64,000 nucleotides of DNA, taken from Candidatus Rokuibacteriota bacterium. Its GTDB lineage: Bacteria > Methylomirabilota > Methylomirabilia > Rokubacteriales > CSP1-6. The translations under genes and the position numbers were made by a program. Below the pieces are notes generated by a model that had not been told where the DNA came from, made no database searches, and worked only from the letters and a program-made list of their open reading frames with translations. Shown here one piece after another: positions 52,848 to 61,380 of the stretch (positions are counted from its first letter, which is position 1; every line of letters starts with the position of its first letter). The DNA lies in contig JAHFDN010000013.1 of NCBI GenBank assembly GCA_023248995.1, positions 194-64,193 of the forward strand, written 5' to 3'.

Positions 52848-53699
52848 GTGGGCGCCACCTTCGTCGTCACGCTCCGGGAAGCCTTCGAGGCAGCGCTGGT
52901 CCTCGGGATCGTCTACACGTACCTCGAGAAAATCGGCGGCCGTCAACACTACCGGTACGTCACCTGGGGCGGGGCGCTGGGGGTGGTCGCGAGCATCATG
53001 ATCGCCGTCGGCGTCGGCTTCCTCTCCGGCCCCCTGCTCGATCTCGGTCCGGACGTCGTGGCGACCGGCGTCATCTTCGTCGCCGTGGCGGTGCTGACGT
53101 GGCACGGGTGGTGGATGCAGCAGCACGCCCGGGCGATCAAGGGCGAGGTGCAGCGGCGCCTTGACGAGGCGCAGGCCACTCGGCGGCTCTGGATCGTCGC
53201 CCTGATCGCTTTTACAGCCGTCTTCAGGGAGGGGACGGAAACCGTCCTCTTCCTCTGGGGTCTCCTAGCCCAGGCGACTGACGCCGCGGGCGGGGTCGCG
53301 AGCTGGAGCGGTGTCGCCGGCGGCGCGATCGGGATTACCGTGGCCGTCGGGCTGGGGTGGACGATTTTTCACGGCGGCAAGCGCGTGAGCCTGCAGAAGT
53401 TCTTCTCCGTGACGTCCCTGCTACTCATGTTCCTCTCGGCGGGTCTCTTCAGCGCCGGGATCGGCAAGCTCCAGGGGTTCGGCCTGCTCCCGCAGGGAAG
53501 CATCGTCTGGGACACTTCCCCGCTCCTCAGTGAGCGGAGCTTCCTCGGCGCGTTCCTGAGCGGCCTCGTCGGGTATCGCGCGCGCCCGTCCGGGGTCGAA
53601 GTCGCCGCCTACCTCACCTACCTGCTCCTCGCGGCAGCACTCCTGTTCGGTCATCGTTGGAGCCCCGTCCGCGCCGCCGACCGGCTCGACCCCGCCTGA
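52848..53699 (+). CDS. FTR1 family iron permease
   Basis: Two RExxE motifs (REAFE and REGTE) in TM helices. Seven predicted TM segments. Confidence 0.82.
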   Translation: MGATFVVTLREAFEAALVLGIVYTYLEKIGGRQHYRYVTWGGALGVVASIMIAVGVGFLSGPLLDLGPDVVATGVIFVAVAVLTWHGWWMQQHARAIKGEVQRRLDEAQATRRLWIVALIAFTAVFREGTETVLFLWGLLAQATDAAGGVASWSGVAGGAIGITVAVGLGWTIFHGGKRVSLQKFFSVTSLLLMFLSAGLFSAGIGKLQGFGLLPQGSIVWDTSPLLSERSFLGAFLSGLVGYRARPSGVEVAAYLTYLLLAAALLFGHRWSPVRAADRLDPA

Positions 53700-53799
53700 T
53701 CGCTGCCAGGGCCCCGGCGCTCCCCTTCTCGCTTGATTTCGGTCGCACCGTGCCCAAGATCAGGGGCGGGTCGCACCATCTCATTCCGGGGAGGCTTCC

Positions 53800-53868
53800 A
53801 TGAAACTCAAAGGTCGGACGGCGTTGGTGACAGGAGCGGGCCAGGGGATCGGCGCGGTGAACGGGGGC
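53800..53868 (+). pseudogene. Remnant N-terminus of a short-chain dehydrogenase/reductase (first ~20 codons only)
   Basis: GGGGAGG SD then ATG 53800 encoding MKLKGRTALVTGAGQGIGA, a canonical SDR TGxxxGIG N-terminus. SDR similarity ends about 10 nt before the stop codon (53871-53873) of the converging PilZ-REC gene. Confidence 0.6.
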
Positions 53869-53870
53869 GA

Positions 53871-54599
53871 TCAGGCGCCCGGCGAGATTCCGCGGGCGAA
53901 GCGCCAGTCGAACGCCTGCACTTCGAGAAAGCCGAGCATCACCCCGAGACGACTCAGGGTGACCGGCTTGCGCAGGATGTCGAGGGCGCCGAGCGCCAGG
54001 CACTGGCCCGCCTCTTCCTCCGAGGCGATGCCCGACACCACCACGGAGGGCAGCCGCTGCTGGCGCTCCTTCAGGAGCCGGAGGAGCTGCACGCCACTCA
54101 TGCCCGGCAGGTAGACGTCCAGAATCATGGCGTCGGGATAGAAGCGGTCAACCATCTCGAGACCGGTCTCGGCGCTTTCGGCGACGAGGGGCTCGTGGCC
54201 CTGGCTGCGAATGAAGTCCGAAAAGACCTCCGCGACCCGACGCTCGTCTTCAACGACGAGCACTCTCAAGGGCTGTCGCGGGAGCAATGAGTCCACGACC
54301 TTTTGGATGCGCTCCACGGCCAACCGCTCCAGGTCCACGAACGAGAACGCCAGGCCGTTCGGGTCCTGGCGGATGATCAGGGAGGACACCGTGATCCCCG
54401 GAGGGCCGTCCGGCAGCTTGAAATTCAGGCGCACTCGGCGCCCGGGCTGGAGGTTGGCGTCGGTTTTCACCTTCACGCCGCCGGTGCTCAGGTTGAGGGA
54501 CTCCCCGTGCCACGTGCGGCCGGCGGCGTCTTCGAGCCTCACCGGGAACGCCACATCAACCCGTGGATACCTTCGGCGACCCAGCCCCATCTGCTTCAC
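53871..54599 (-). CDS. PilZ domain - receiver domain response regulator
   Basis: N-terminal PilZ motifs RRRYPRV and NLSTGG. C-terminal REC domain with phospho-acceptor Asp in ILDVYLPGMSG and conserved K in DILRKP. Confidence 0.8.
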   Translation of the reverse strand: MKQMGLGRRRYPRVDVAFPVRLEDAAGRTWHGESLNLSTGGVKVKTDANLQPGRRVRLNFKLPDGPPGITVSSLIIRQDPNGLAFSFVDLERLAVERIQKVVDSLLPRQPLRVLVVEDERRVAEVFSDFIRSQGHEPLVAESAETGLEMVDRFYPDAMILDVYLPGMSGVQLLRLLKERQQRLPSVVVSGIASEEEAGQCLALGALDILRKPVTLSRLGVMLGFLEVQAFDWRFARGISPGA

Positions 54600-54806
54600 C
54601 TCGAATATGGAATTTTCAGGCTGCCCACGTGATTGAGCAATCGCCGTACCAAGGGAACCGGCGGGGGGCTTCTAGCTCAAACCCCTCAGAATCCCGGGCT
54701 CTTACCCAACCGCCCATCGTGCTGGCCGGGAGCGAGAGCCGCCGCCTCCTGTCCTCTTCCTGAGCCAGTTCGTCATGAGGTTGCCACCGTGACCCCTCCT
54801 AAGGGG

Positions 54807-54835
54807 TTGACAGGTTTACATGGCCGGGTTACATT
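54807..54835 (+). promoter_or_regulatory. Sigma70-like promoter for the ATP-grasp gene
   Basis: TTGACA (54807-54812), 17-nt spacer, TACATT (54830-54835). ATG at 54869. Confidence 0.45.
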
Positions 54836-54868
54836 CTTTCTATCTAGATCGGGAAAGAGAACAATATC

Positions 54869-55870
54869 ATGAATTTGCCAGCCCTGGCGGCCCCCATCGG
54901 CATCCTGGATGAGCACCCCGAGTGGTCAAACCGCCTGATCGCGGAACTGGCCGGACGCCGCCTGCCCTTCGAGAAGATCGATCACGCCAACCACGCCTTC
55001 GATCCTCGGGTCCGGACGCCCCGCTATTCGGTCATCGTCAATCGCACGAGCCCTTCCTCTCACACCCGCGGGCACGGAAGCGTCCTGTTCTACGCCGAAG
55101 CGCTGCTAAGCCATTACGAGTCTCTCGGGGTCCCCGTCATCAACCCGGCGGCCGCCTACCGGTTCGAGAAATCCAAGGCTCTGCAGCTCGATCTGTTCGA
55201 ACGGCTCGGGGTCTCTTACCCGCGGGCCGTCGTCGTGAACCATCCGGACCAGGTGCAGAAGGCGCTCGATCGCCTCCGCTTCCCGGTGCTGGTCAAGCCC
55301 AATGTCGGCGGCTCCGGGGCGGGCATCCGGCGGTTCGGCACCCGCGCCGAGCTCGAGGCTGCCGTCCAGCACCTGGACTTCGGACCCGACGGGACGGCGC
55401 TCGTCCAGGAGTACGTCGAGCCGGAGGACGGCGCCATCACGCGCGTCGAGGTGATGGGGGGGGAGTATCTCTATGCCATCCGGATCGTGCGGGAGGCCGG
55501 CACCGGCTTCAATCTCTGCCCCGCGGACCTCTGCCAGTTGCCCGGCGAGCGCGCCGCGCCTCGGCAGCCCGAGTGGTCGGCGTGCCCGGAAACCGCCGTC
55601 GGCGGACCGACGTTGAGCGTCACGCGGGTGGAGGCCCCCAGAGAAGTCATCGACGCGGTGCTCCGCCTCGCCCGGGCCGCCTCCGTCGACATCGGGGGCG
55701 TGGAATACCTCGTTGGCGCGGCGAACGGGAAGATCTACTTCTACGATATCAACGCCACGTCGAACTTCGTCGCCAACGCTCCGGCCGTCCTGGGGTTCGA
55801 CCCGCTCCCGCGCTTCGCCGACTACATCGTCCAGGTCGCCTTAGGGCGCGGGAAGACCCTCGCTTCGTGA
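54869..55870 (+). CDS. ATP-grasp domain protein (RimK/glutathione-synthetase-like ligase)
   Basis: FPVLVKPNVGGSGAGI ATP-grasp lysine/Gly-rich loop. ALVQEYVEPEDG...TRVEVMGGEY. C-terminal E..DIGGVEYL and N-x-N metal-binding region. Confidence 0.7.
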   Translation: MNLPALAAPIGILDEHPEWSNRLIAELAGRRLPFEKIDHANHAFDPRVRTPRYSVIVNRTSPSSHTRGHGSVLFYAEALLSHYESLGVPVINPAAAYRFEKSKALQLDLFERLGVSYPRAVVVNHPDQVQKALDRLRFPVLVKPNVGGSGAGIRRFGTRAELEAAVQHLDFGPDGTALVQEYVEPEDGAITRVEVMGGEYLYAIRIVREAGTGFNLCPADLCQLPGERAAPRQPEWSACPETAVGGPTLSVTRVEAPREVIDAVLRLARAASVDIGGVEYLVGAANGKIYFYDINATSNFVANAPAVLGFDPLPRFADYIVQVALGRGKTLAS

Positions 55871-55875
55871 GCTGA

Positions 55876-56748
55876 TCACCGGCTCGGCGGCCTCTCCTGC
55901 ACGGCTTGTCTCCGCCGGGTTTCTCGCTCCTCCCGATCGAGCATCTTCGCGACCACCAGCAGAATGGGAATGAGGTACATGTGCCCGCTCGTCCACATGA
56001 TCCCGCCCGCCATCGCCTGGTCGTCGAGCGGGCTCAAGCCGAAGGACGGGCGAGGCCGGGCGTAATAAGGGTAGAGCAGCTGCTCCGGCAAGGCGATCAG
56101 TGCGCTCAGCAGCGTGTTCTGACCGGTGGCCGCGAGGAGGTAGAGGATGGCGAACCCGCGGGGCATCCGCTCGTGGAGCCGCGGCGCCGGCTCGATGATC
56201 GGCCACCAGAAAACAACCGCCGTTCCGAAGAAGGCCAGATGCTCTACATCGTGGAGGAGGTGGTCCCGAAGGGCGGCCTGATAGAGGACGGGGAGGTGCC
56301 AGAGCCAAAGGTTGAGGACGAAGAGCAGCCACGCGACCGGCATCAGCGTGACCGCCCAGAGCACCCGGCGCAGCGGCGCGTTGCGGGTAAGGAGGCGCCC
56401 CACCCGTCGCCTGAGCCGCCTCGGCAGCCCCCAGAGGCCGACCGGGAGCGGGTTCCCGAGCAGGAGCAGCGGCGCCGCCATCATCATCAACAGCAAGTGC
56501 TGGATCATGTGCGCGGACAGGAGTACCTCAGCCAGATCGTGGATCGGCGAGAGGAGGGCCACCGCCAGCGTCGCCAGGCCGATGAGGCAGGCGGCCAGCC
56601 GCCAAGCAGGCACGAGCTGCCGGTGCCCCGCGCCGCGAAGACGCCACCACCCGGACGCGTATACGCTTGCCAGGATCACCAGGACGAGGACCACCTCGGG
56701 GCGCCAGATCCAGGGGGCGAGCAGGAGTTGGCTCTCTTCAGGCTGCAT
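55876..56748 (-). CDS. Caa3-type cytochrome oxidase assembly factor CtaG / CopD-like membrane protein
   Basis: Seven TM helices with the HMIQH motif and a W-rich LWLWHLP segment typical of the Caa3_CtaG family. Confidence 0.6.
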   Translation of the reverse strand: MQPEESQLLLAPWIWRPEVVLVLVILASVYASGWWRLRGAGHRQLVPAWRLAACLIGLATLAVALLSPIHDLAEVLLSAHMIQHLLLMMMAAPLLLLGNPLPVGLWGLPRRLRRRVGRLLTRNAPLRRVLWAVTLMPVAWLLFVLNLWLWHLPVLYQAALRDHLLHDVEHLAFFGTAVVFWWPIIEPAPRLHERMPRGFAILYLLAATGQNTLLSALIALPEQLLYPYYARPRPSFGLSPLDDQAMAGGIMWTSGHMYLIPILLVVAKMLDREERETRRRQAVQERPPSR

Positions 56749-57070
56749 GATTTCGACGAGCGGCGCTGACGGAGGGAATGAGATGATCGGAGTCCAGGGC
56801 GGGCCTCAGCGACGTCGGGGTCGACTCAGGACAACACTTCCCTGGCACATGCCGCCATAATAGTAGGAGACGTCCCCAGGGGAATCAAGCCGGGACGTGT
56901 TGTCTCGCCTATGACATTTTGGCCCACACCAGCTAAGGCACCGTCGGCGAGGCGTCGGCGAACCCCCTATCACGCATAGAATTTCTGGTGCCGAAGGCGT
57001 GGCATCTTCCTTGCTGATTCGGTCATCGGTAGCACATAGTCGGAGGGATTACCTCGCGACATAAGGAGAG

Positions 57071-57760
57071 ATGATGGGTCGAGACCGGCGACGATACCCT
57101 CGAGTCGGCACAACGCTGGCCGTATCGGTTGAGGCCACCGGGAGCCGCTGGCACGGGAAGACGGTGGACCTGAGCCCTTACGGGGTGAAAGTGACCCAAC
57201 CGCCGACACCGCTCAAGCTGGCTCCGGGGAGCAGCGTCCGGCTCGAGCTCAGCTTGCCCGATTCGGGCACGCCGCTCTGCCTGACGGCGAGCGTGGTCAG
57301 AACGGCGTCCGACGGCATCGCGCTCAACTTCGTCAACCCCGAAGCCGCGCACTTCGAGCGCCTGAAGGCCCTCGTCGACTCCCTTCTGGAGAGCCTGGCC
57401 GGCGGCGCACCGCCTGCCGGCGTCAGCGTCAAAATGACGAGGGAACGGCGAAAGAGCGCCCGGATTGACGCGGCGCTGGACATCAGCTTCGAGGCCGAGA
57501 AGCCTTACGATTGGAACGGCAAGACGATCAACCTGAGCCCCTACGGGGTGAAGGTCAACCTGGCAGCGTCGAGCATCCGGCCTTTGGAGGGAACGAGCGT
57601 TCAGCTCCAGCTCGTCGCGCCCGAGGCCCCCCCTCCCATCGCCATCAAGGGCATGGTCTGGCGGCGGGAGCCCAAGAGTACTATTCTCCTGTTCGTGGAC
57701 CTCCAGCGCGAGGAACTCGAACGACTCAAGTCGCTGGTCGAATCCCTGGCGCCGGCCTAG
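57071..57760 (+). CDS. Tandem PilZ domain protein
   Basis: Two PilZ units: RRRYPRV...DLSPYGVKV and RRKSARI...NLSPYGVKV. The first unit is paralogous to the PilZ of the 53871..54599 regulator. AAGGAGAG SD. Confidence 0.8.
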   Translation: MMGRDRRRYPRVGTTLAVSVEATGSRWHGKTVDLSPYGVKVTQPPTPLKLAPGSSVRLELSLPDSGTPLCLTASVVRTASDGIALNFVNPEAAHFERLKALVDSLLESLAGGAPPAGVSVKMTRERRKSARIDAALDISFEAEKPYDWNGKTINLSPYGVKVNLAASSIRPLEGTSVQLQLVAPEAPPPIAIKGMVWRREPKSTILLFVDLQREELERLKSLVESLAPA

Positions 57761-57838
57761 TTCCCCTGCGCCGCTCGACCGGCGCTCGCTTTTCCCCCTT
57801 GCGTCGCGCGAAGCCGATCATTATAGTGGGCCCGACGG

Positions 57839-58210
57839 ATGGCTCCCGTTTTTCTCGTGGCGTTGCTCCTGGGGTTAGAGCCTGGCGAGGCAGCGCCGAC
57901 ATTTCCGTGGGCTTCCTTCCAGTCCATCCACCGGGAATACTCATTGGGCGAGGTCAACCTCTGTAACCCGCGAGACAGCCGGACGCGGATCACCGAGTTC
58001 TTCATCCAGCGCCCGCGCGGGTTCTACCGCCTCTGGGCGATGCTCCACGGTCGAGACTGGGTCGCGGTTCACTACGACGGGAGTGCCCGCCCGGACTGGG
58101 TCTGGCGCGGCGTCTGGTCGGGCGACGATCTCGTCGTCAGGTCGGTGGCGTCGTTCGATCCGGTCGCCCACGCCTCGGCGTGCGAGCTGCTCTTCGAACC
58201 ACGGCCGTAA
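57839..58210 (+). CDS. Hypothetical protein (123 aa), possible signal peptide
   Basis: ORF with hydrophobic N-terminus VFLVALLLGL. Ends 12 nt before the amidohydrolase start. No family recognised. Confidence 0.4.
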   Translation: MAPVFLVALLLGLEPGEAAPTFPWASFQSIHREYSLGEVNLCNPRDSRTRITEFFIQRPRGFYRLWAMLHGRDWVAVHYDGSARPDWVWRGVWSGDDLVVRSVASFDPVAHASACELLFEPRP

Positions 58211-58222
58211 ACCCGGCCGTTC

Positions 58223-59518
58223 ATGCGACTCGTCCCCGACCTCATCTTCACGGAGGGGGAATTCCGGCCCGCCCTGGCGCTGACGGTCTCCGACGGCGTG
58301 ATCGCCGGAGTGGAGCCCGCGGGCGCTCCCCGCCCGGGCGACCTCTCCCTTCCGAGGCGCGCGCTCCTCCCCGGCACCATCAACAGCCACTGCCACACGT
58401 TCCAGTCCCTCCTGCGCGGGCTGGGGGACGACCTCGACTTCGTCGCGTGGCGGGATCGCGTCCTCTACCCGTTCTCCGAGCGGCTGGACCGGGAGGCGCT
58501 CGCGCTCGGCGCCGCGTTCGCGTTCGCCGAGATGCTCCTCCACGGCGTGACGACGTGCGTGGACTTCTTCTACCTCCAGGACGACGGCAACGAGAACGCC
58601 GAAGCGGTCATCGGTGCGGCGCGGTCCGTGGGGATCCGCCTCGTGCTCGCGCGGGCCATGTACGATTGGCCGGGCGCGCCGAGGCGGTACCGGGAGACGC
58701 CCGCCGCCGCTCGGCGCCGGGTCCACGAGCTGATCGTCCGTCACCGCGACGATCCCGTGGTGCGGGTCCAGCCGGCCCCGCACAGCCCCCACGGGGCATC
58801 GGCCGAGATGATCCGAGCCGGCTGGGAAGTGGCGGAGGAGACCGGCACCCCGTTTCACATCCACGTCGCCGAGGCTCGCTACGAGGGCGAGCACACGCTC
58901 CGGGAGCACGGCGCCACGCCCGTGCGCTACCTGGAGCGGCTCGGAGTGCTCGGCCCGCGCCTGATCGGCGTGCACTGCGTCTGGCTCGACGACGCCGAGA
59001 TCGCGCTCATGGGCGCGCGCGGCGCCGCGCTCGCCTACTGCCCGAGCTCCAACATGTTCCTCGGCGACGGGATCACGCGGATCCCGGAGATGCTCCGGGC
59101 GGGCGTCCGGATCGGGCTCGGCACGGACGGGGGCTGCACGAACAACCGCCTCTCCATCTTCGAAGAGATGCGGATGACCTCGCTCCTCCAGCGGGTGCGC
59201 CTCCTCGATGGGGCGGCACTCCCCGCCGAGACCGTTTTCCGGATGGGGACCGAAGGGGGCGCGCAGCTCCTCGGTCTCGACGCCGGCGCGATCGTGGCCG
59301 GGCGCCTGGCGGATCTGGTCGCGCTCGACCTGGAGCACGTCTCGCTCAATCCGCCGACGGCGCTCCTCAAGAGCGTCGTCCACGCGATGTCGCCCCAGGC
59401 GATCACCGACGTCTGGGTCCACGGACGGCGCGTCGTGGAAGCCGGCCGGCTCACCACCACCGATCTCGCCGAGCTCCTGGGCCGCGTCCGCGCTCTCACG
59501 AGGGAGTGGCGCATCTGA
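58223..59518 (+). CDS. Amidohydrolase family protein (cytosine/guanine/MTA-SAH deaminase-like)
   Basis: HxH metal motif INSHCH. Downstream His/Asp ligands (FHIHVAE, GTDGG). ~430 aa TIM-barrel amidohydrolase length. Confidence 0.8.
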   Translation: MRLVPDLIFTEGEFRPALALTVSDGVIAGVEPAGAPRPGDLSLPRRALLPGTINSHCHTFQSLLRGLGDDLDFVAWRDRVLYPFSERLDREALALGAAFAFAEMLLHGVTTCVDFFYLQDDGNENAEAVIGAARSVGIRLVLARAMYDWPGAPRRYRETPAAARRRVHELIVRHRDDPVVRVQPAPHSPHGASAEMIRAGWEVAEETGTPFHIHVAEARYEGEHTLREHGATPVRYLERLGVLGPRLIGVHCVWLDDAEIALMGARGAALAYCPSSNMFLGDGITRIPEMLRAGVRIGLGTDGGCTNNRLSIFEEMRMTSLLQRVRLLDGAALPAETVFRMGTEGGAQLLGLDAGAIVAGRLADLVALDLEHVSLNPPTALLKSVVHAMSPQAITDVWVHGRRVVEAGRLTTTDLAELLGRVRALTREWRI

Positions 59519-59533
59519 CGTCGGAGCGGCCGT

Positions 59534-60460
59534 CTACTCGCCCCTGAGGGTGGGATCGAGTATATCGCGGAGCCAGTCGCCCGTGCGGCTCACGACGAAT
59601 GACGTGACCATCAGGATGATCCCCGGCGTGGTCGAGATCCACCACGCGGTGTCCAGGTACTCGCGCCCCTCGTGGATCATCCCCCCCCAGGAGGGCGTGG
59701 GTGGCTGGATGCCGAGGCCGAGAAACGACAGCGTCGCCTCCAGCACGATGGCGCGCGCCAGCTCGAGCGTGGCGATCACGACGAAGGAGGACATCACGTT
59801 AGGCACGACGTGCCGGAGCAGGATCCGCCCCGCCGAGCCCCCCAGCCCCCGGATGGCGTCGACGAACTCCCGCGAGCGCAGCACGAGCACCTGCGACCGC
59901 AAGACCCGCGCGTAGGCGACCCACCCCGACAGGCCGACCACGACGATCAGGGTCGGGAAGCTCGGGCCCAGCACGGCGATGATGCCGATCGCGAGCAGGA
60001 TGAAGGGAAAGGCGAGCTGGGCGTCGGCGATGGTCATGATGACGTTGTCCACCCAGCCCCCGCGGAAGCCGGCCAGGAGGCCTAGCGTCCCGCCGACCAG
60101 GCCGCCCATCACCACCGCGGCAAAGCCTACGACGAGCGAGACGCGCGAGCCGTAGATCAGCCGCGAGAGCACGTCGCGGCCGAGGTGATCGGTCCCCAGA
60201 AGGTGCCCCTGCCCGTCGGGCCCGGTCAGCGCGGGCGCCGCGAGTCGCGTCCGGAGAGACTGGCGCACCGGATCGTACGGGGCGAGCGCCGGCGCCGCCA
60301 CGGCCACGACCCCGAGCAGGACCACGAAGACCATGCCCGCGAGCGCCAGCCAGGCGGCCCGGCGCCCGCGCGCGAAGGAGCGTGCCGAGACTGCCGGCAG
60401 CGGCCGCGCGTCAGTGGGAGCGAATACGGGGATCGAGGAGCCCATAGGACACGTCGACAA
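59534..60460 (-). CDS. Peptide/nickel-type ABC transporter permease (DppC/OppC family)
   Basis: Six TM helices. EAA-like region ARVLRSQVLVLRSREFVDAIRGLGGS. Confidence 0.85.
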   Translation of the reverse strand: MSTCPMGSSIPVFAPTDARPLPAVSARSFARGRRAAWLALAGMVFVVLLGVVAVAAPALAPYDPVRQSLRTRLAAPALTGPDGQGHLLGTDHLGRDVLSRLIYGSRVSLVVGFAAVVMGGLVGGTLGLLAGFRGGWVDNVIMTIADAQLAFPFILLAIGIIAVLGPSFPTLIVVVGLSGWVAYARVLRSQVLVLRSREFVDAIRGLGGSAGRILLRHVVPNVMSSFVVIATLELARAIVLEATLSFLGLGIQPPTPSWGGMIHEGREYLDTAWWISTTPGIILMVTSFVVSRTGDWLRDILDPTLRGE

Positions 60461-61337
60461 GGAAATTGATTACGACGAACATCGCCGCCGACAGGAACAC
60501 CGTGCACTGCACCACCGGATAGTCTCGGTTGTAGATGGACTGGATGGCCAGCCGCCCGATCCCGGGCCACGAGAACACGGTCTCCGTGACGACCGCACCG
60601 CCCAGCAGAGTGCCGAACTGGAGACCCGTGATCGTCACGATCGGGATCGCGGCGTTCTTCAGCGTGTGCTTGGCGACGACGAGCAACTCGGACAGCCCCT
60701 TGGCGCGGGCGGTCCGGATGTAGTCGGCGCGGAGGACTTCGAGGATGGCCGAGCGCGTGAGCCGCGCGATGGAGGCCATGGAAAAGGCGCCCAGAGTCAG
60801 CGCTGGGAGCACCAGATGTGTCCAGTCGCCGCGGCCGGACGTGGGGAAAAGCCCCGCTTTCAGCGAGAGGAGGAGGATGAACAGGATGCCAAGGAAAAAC
60901 GTCGGCGCAGACTGGCCTACCAGAGCCAGCCCCATGCTTGCGTGGTCCAGGAAGGAGTTCCGCCTCATCGCTGAGAGCAACCCGATGGGGACGGCGATGA
61001 CCACCGCGAGGCCGAAGGCCGTGAGCCCCAGCTCGAACGTCGCGGGCAGGTAGCCGAGGACCACTCGGAAGGCGGGCTCGCGGAAGTGGATGGAGCGCCC
61101 GAAGTCGCCGCGGGCGACGTTGCCGAGGAACACCCCGTACTGGGTGGGAAGCGGACGGTCGAGGCCCAGCTCGGCGCGCACCCGGAGGATCTCGCTGTGC
61201 GGGGCGTCAGGCGGCAGCAGGAGCGGCACCGGATCCCCGGAGAGCCGCATGACGACGAACACGACGGTGGACACCAGCCACAGCGCGATCAGCGCGCGGA
61301 AGAGCCGGTGACCCAGAAACGGTAGGAACCCGCGCAT
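60411..61337 (-). CDS. Peptide/nickel-type ABC transporter permease (DppB/OppB family)
   Basis: Six TM helices. EAA-like region ADYIRTARAKGLSE. Confidence 0.85.
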   Translation of the reverse strand: MRGFLPFLGHRLFRALIALWLVSTVVFVVMRLSGDPVPLLLPPDAPHSEILRVRAELGLDRPLPTQYGVFLGNVARGDFGRSIHFREPAFRVVLGYLPATFELGLTAFGLAVVIAVPIGLLSAMRRNSFLDHASMGLALVGQSAPTFFLGILFILLLSLKAGLFPTSGRGDWTHLVLPALTLGAFSMASIARLTRSAILEVLRADYIRTARAKGLSELLVVAKHTLKNAAIPIVTITGLQFGTLLGGAVVTETVFSWPGIGRLAIQSIYNRDYPVVQCTVFLSAAMFVVINFLVDVSYGLLDPRIRSH

Positions 61338-61380
61338 GGGAAGGGCCCGGGGCCCTGCGCGGGCCCCGGGCCGACTGCGT

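Noticed and set aside
53800-54114. ORF 53800..54114 as an intact gene
   Set aside because: Only the first ~20 codons are SDR-like. The rest is antisense of the PilZ-REC gene. Treated as a gene remnant.
56837-56852. Second sigma54 promoter at TGGCACatgccGCCA (56837)
   Set aside because: The -12 element is GCCA, not TTGC, and spacing does not fit the GG-N10-GC rule.
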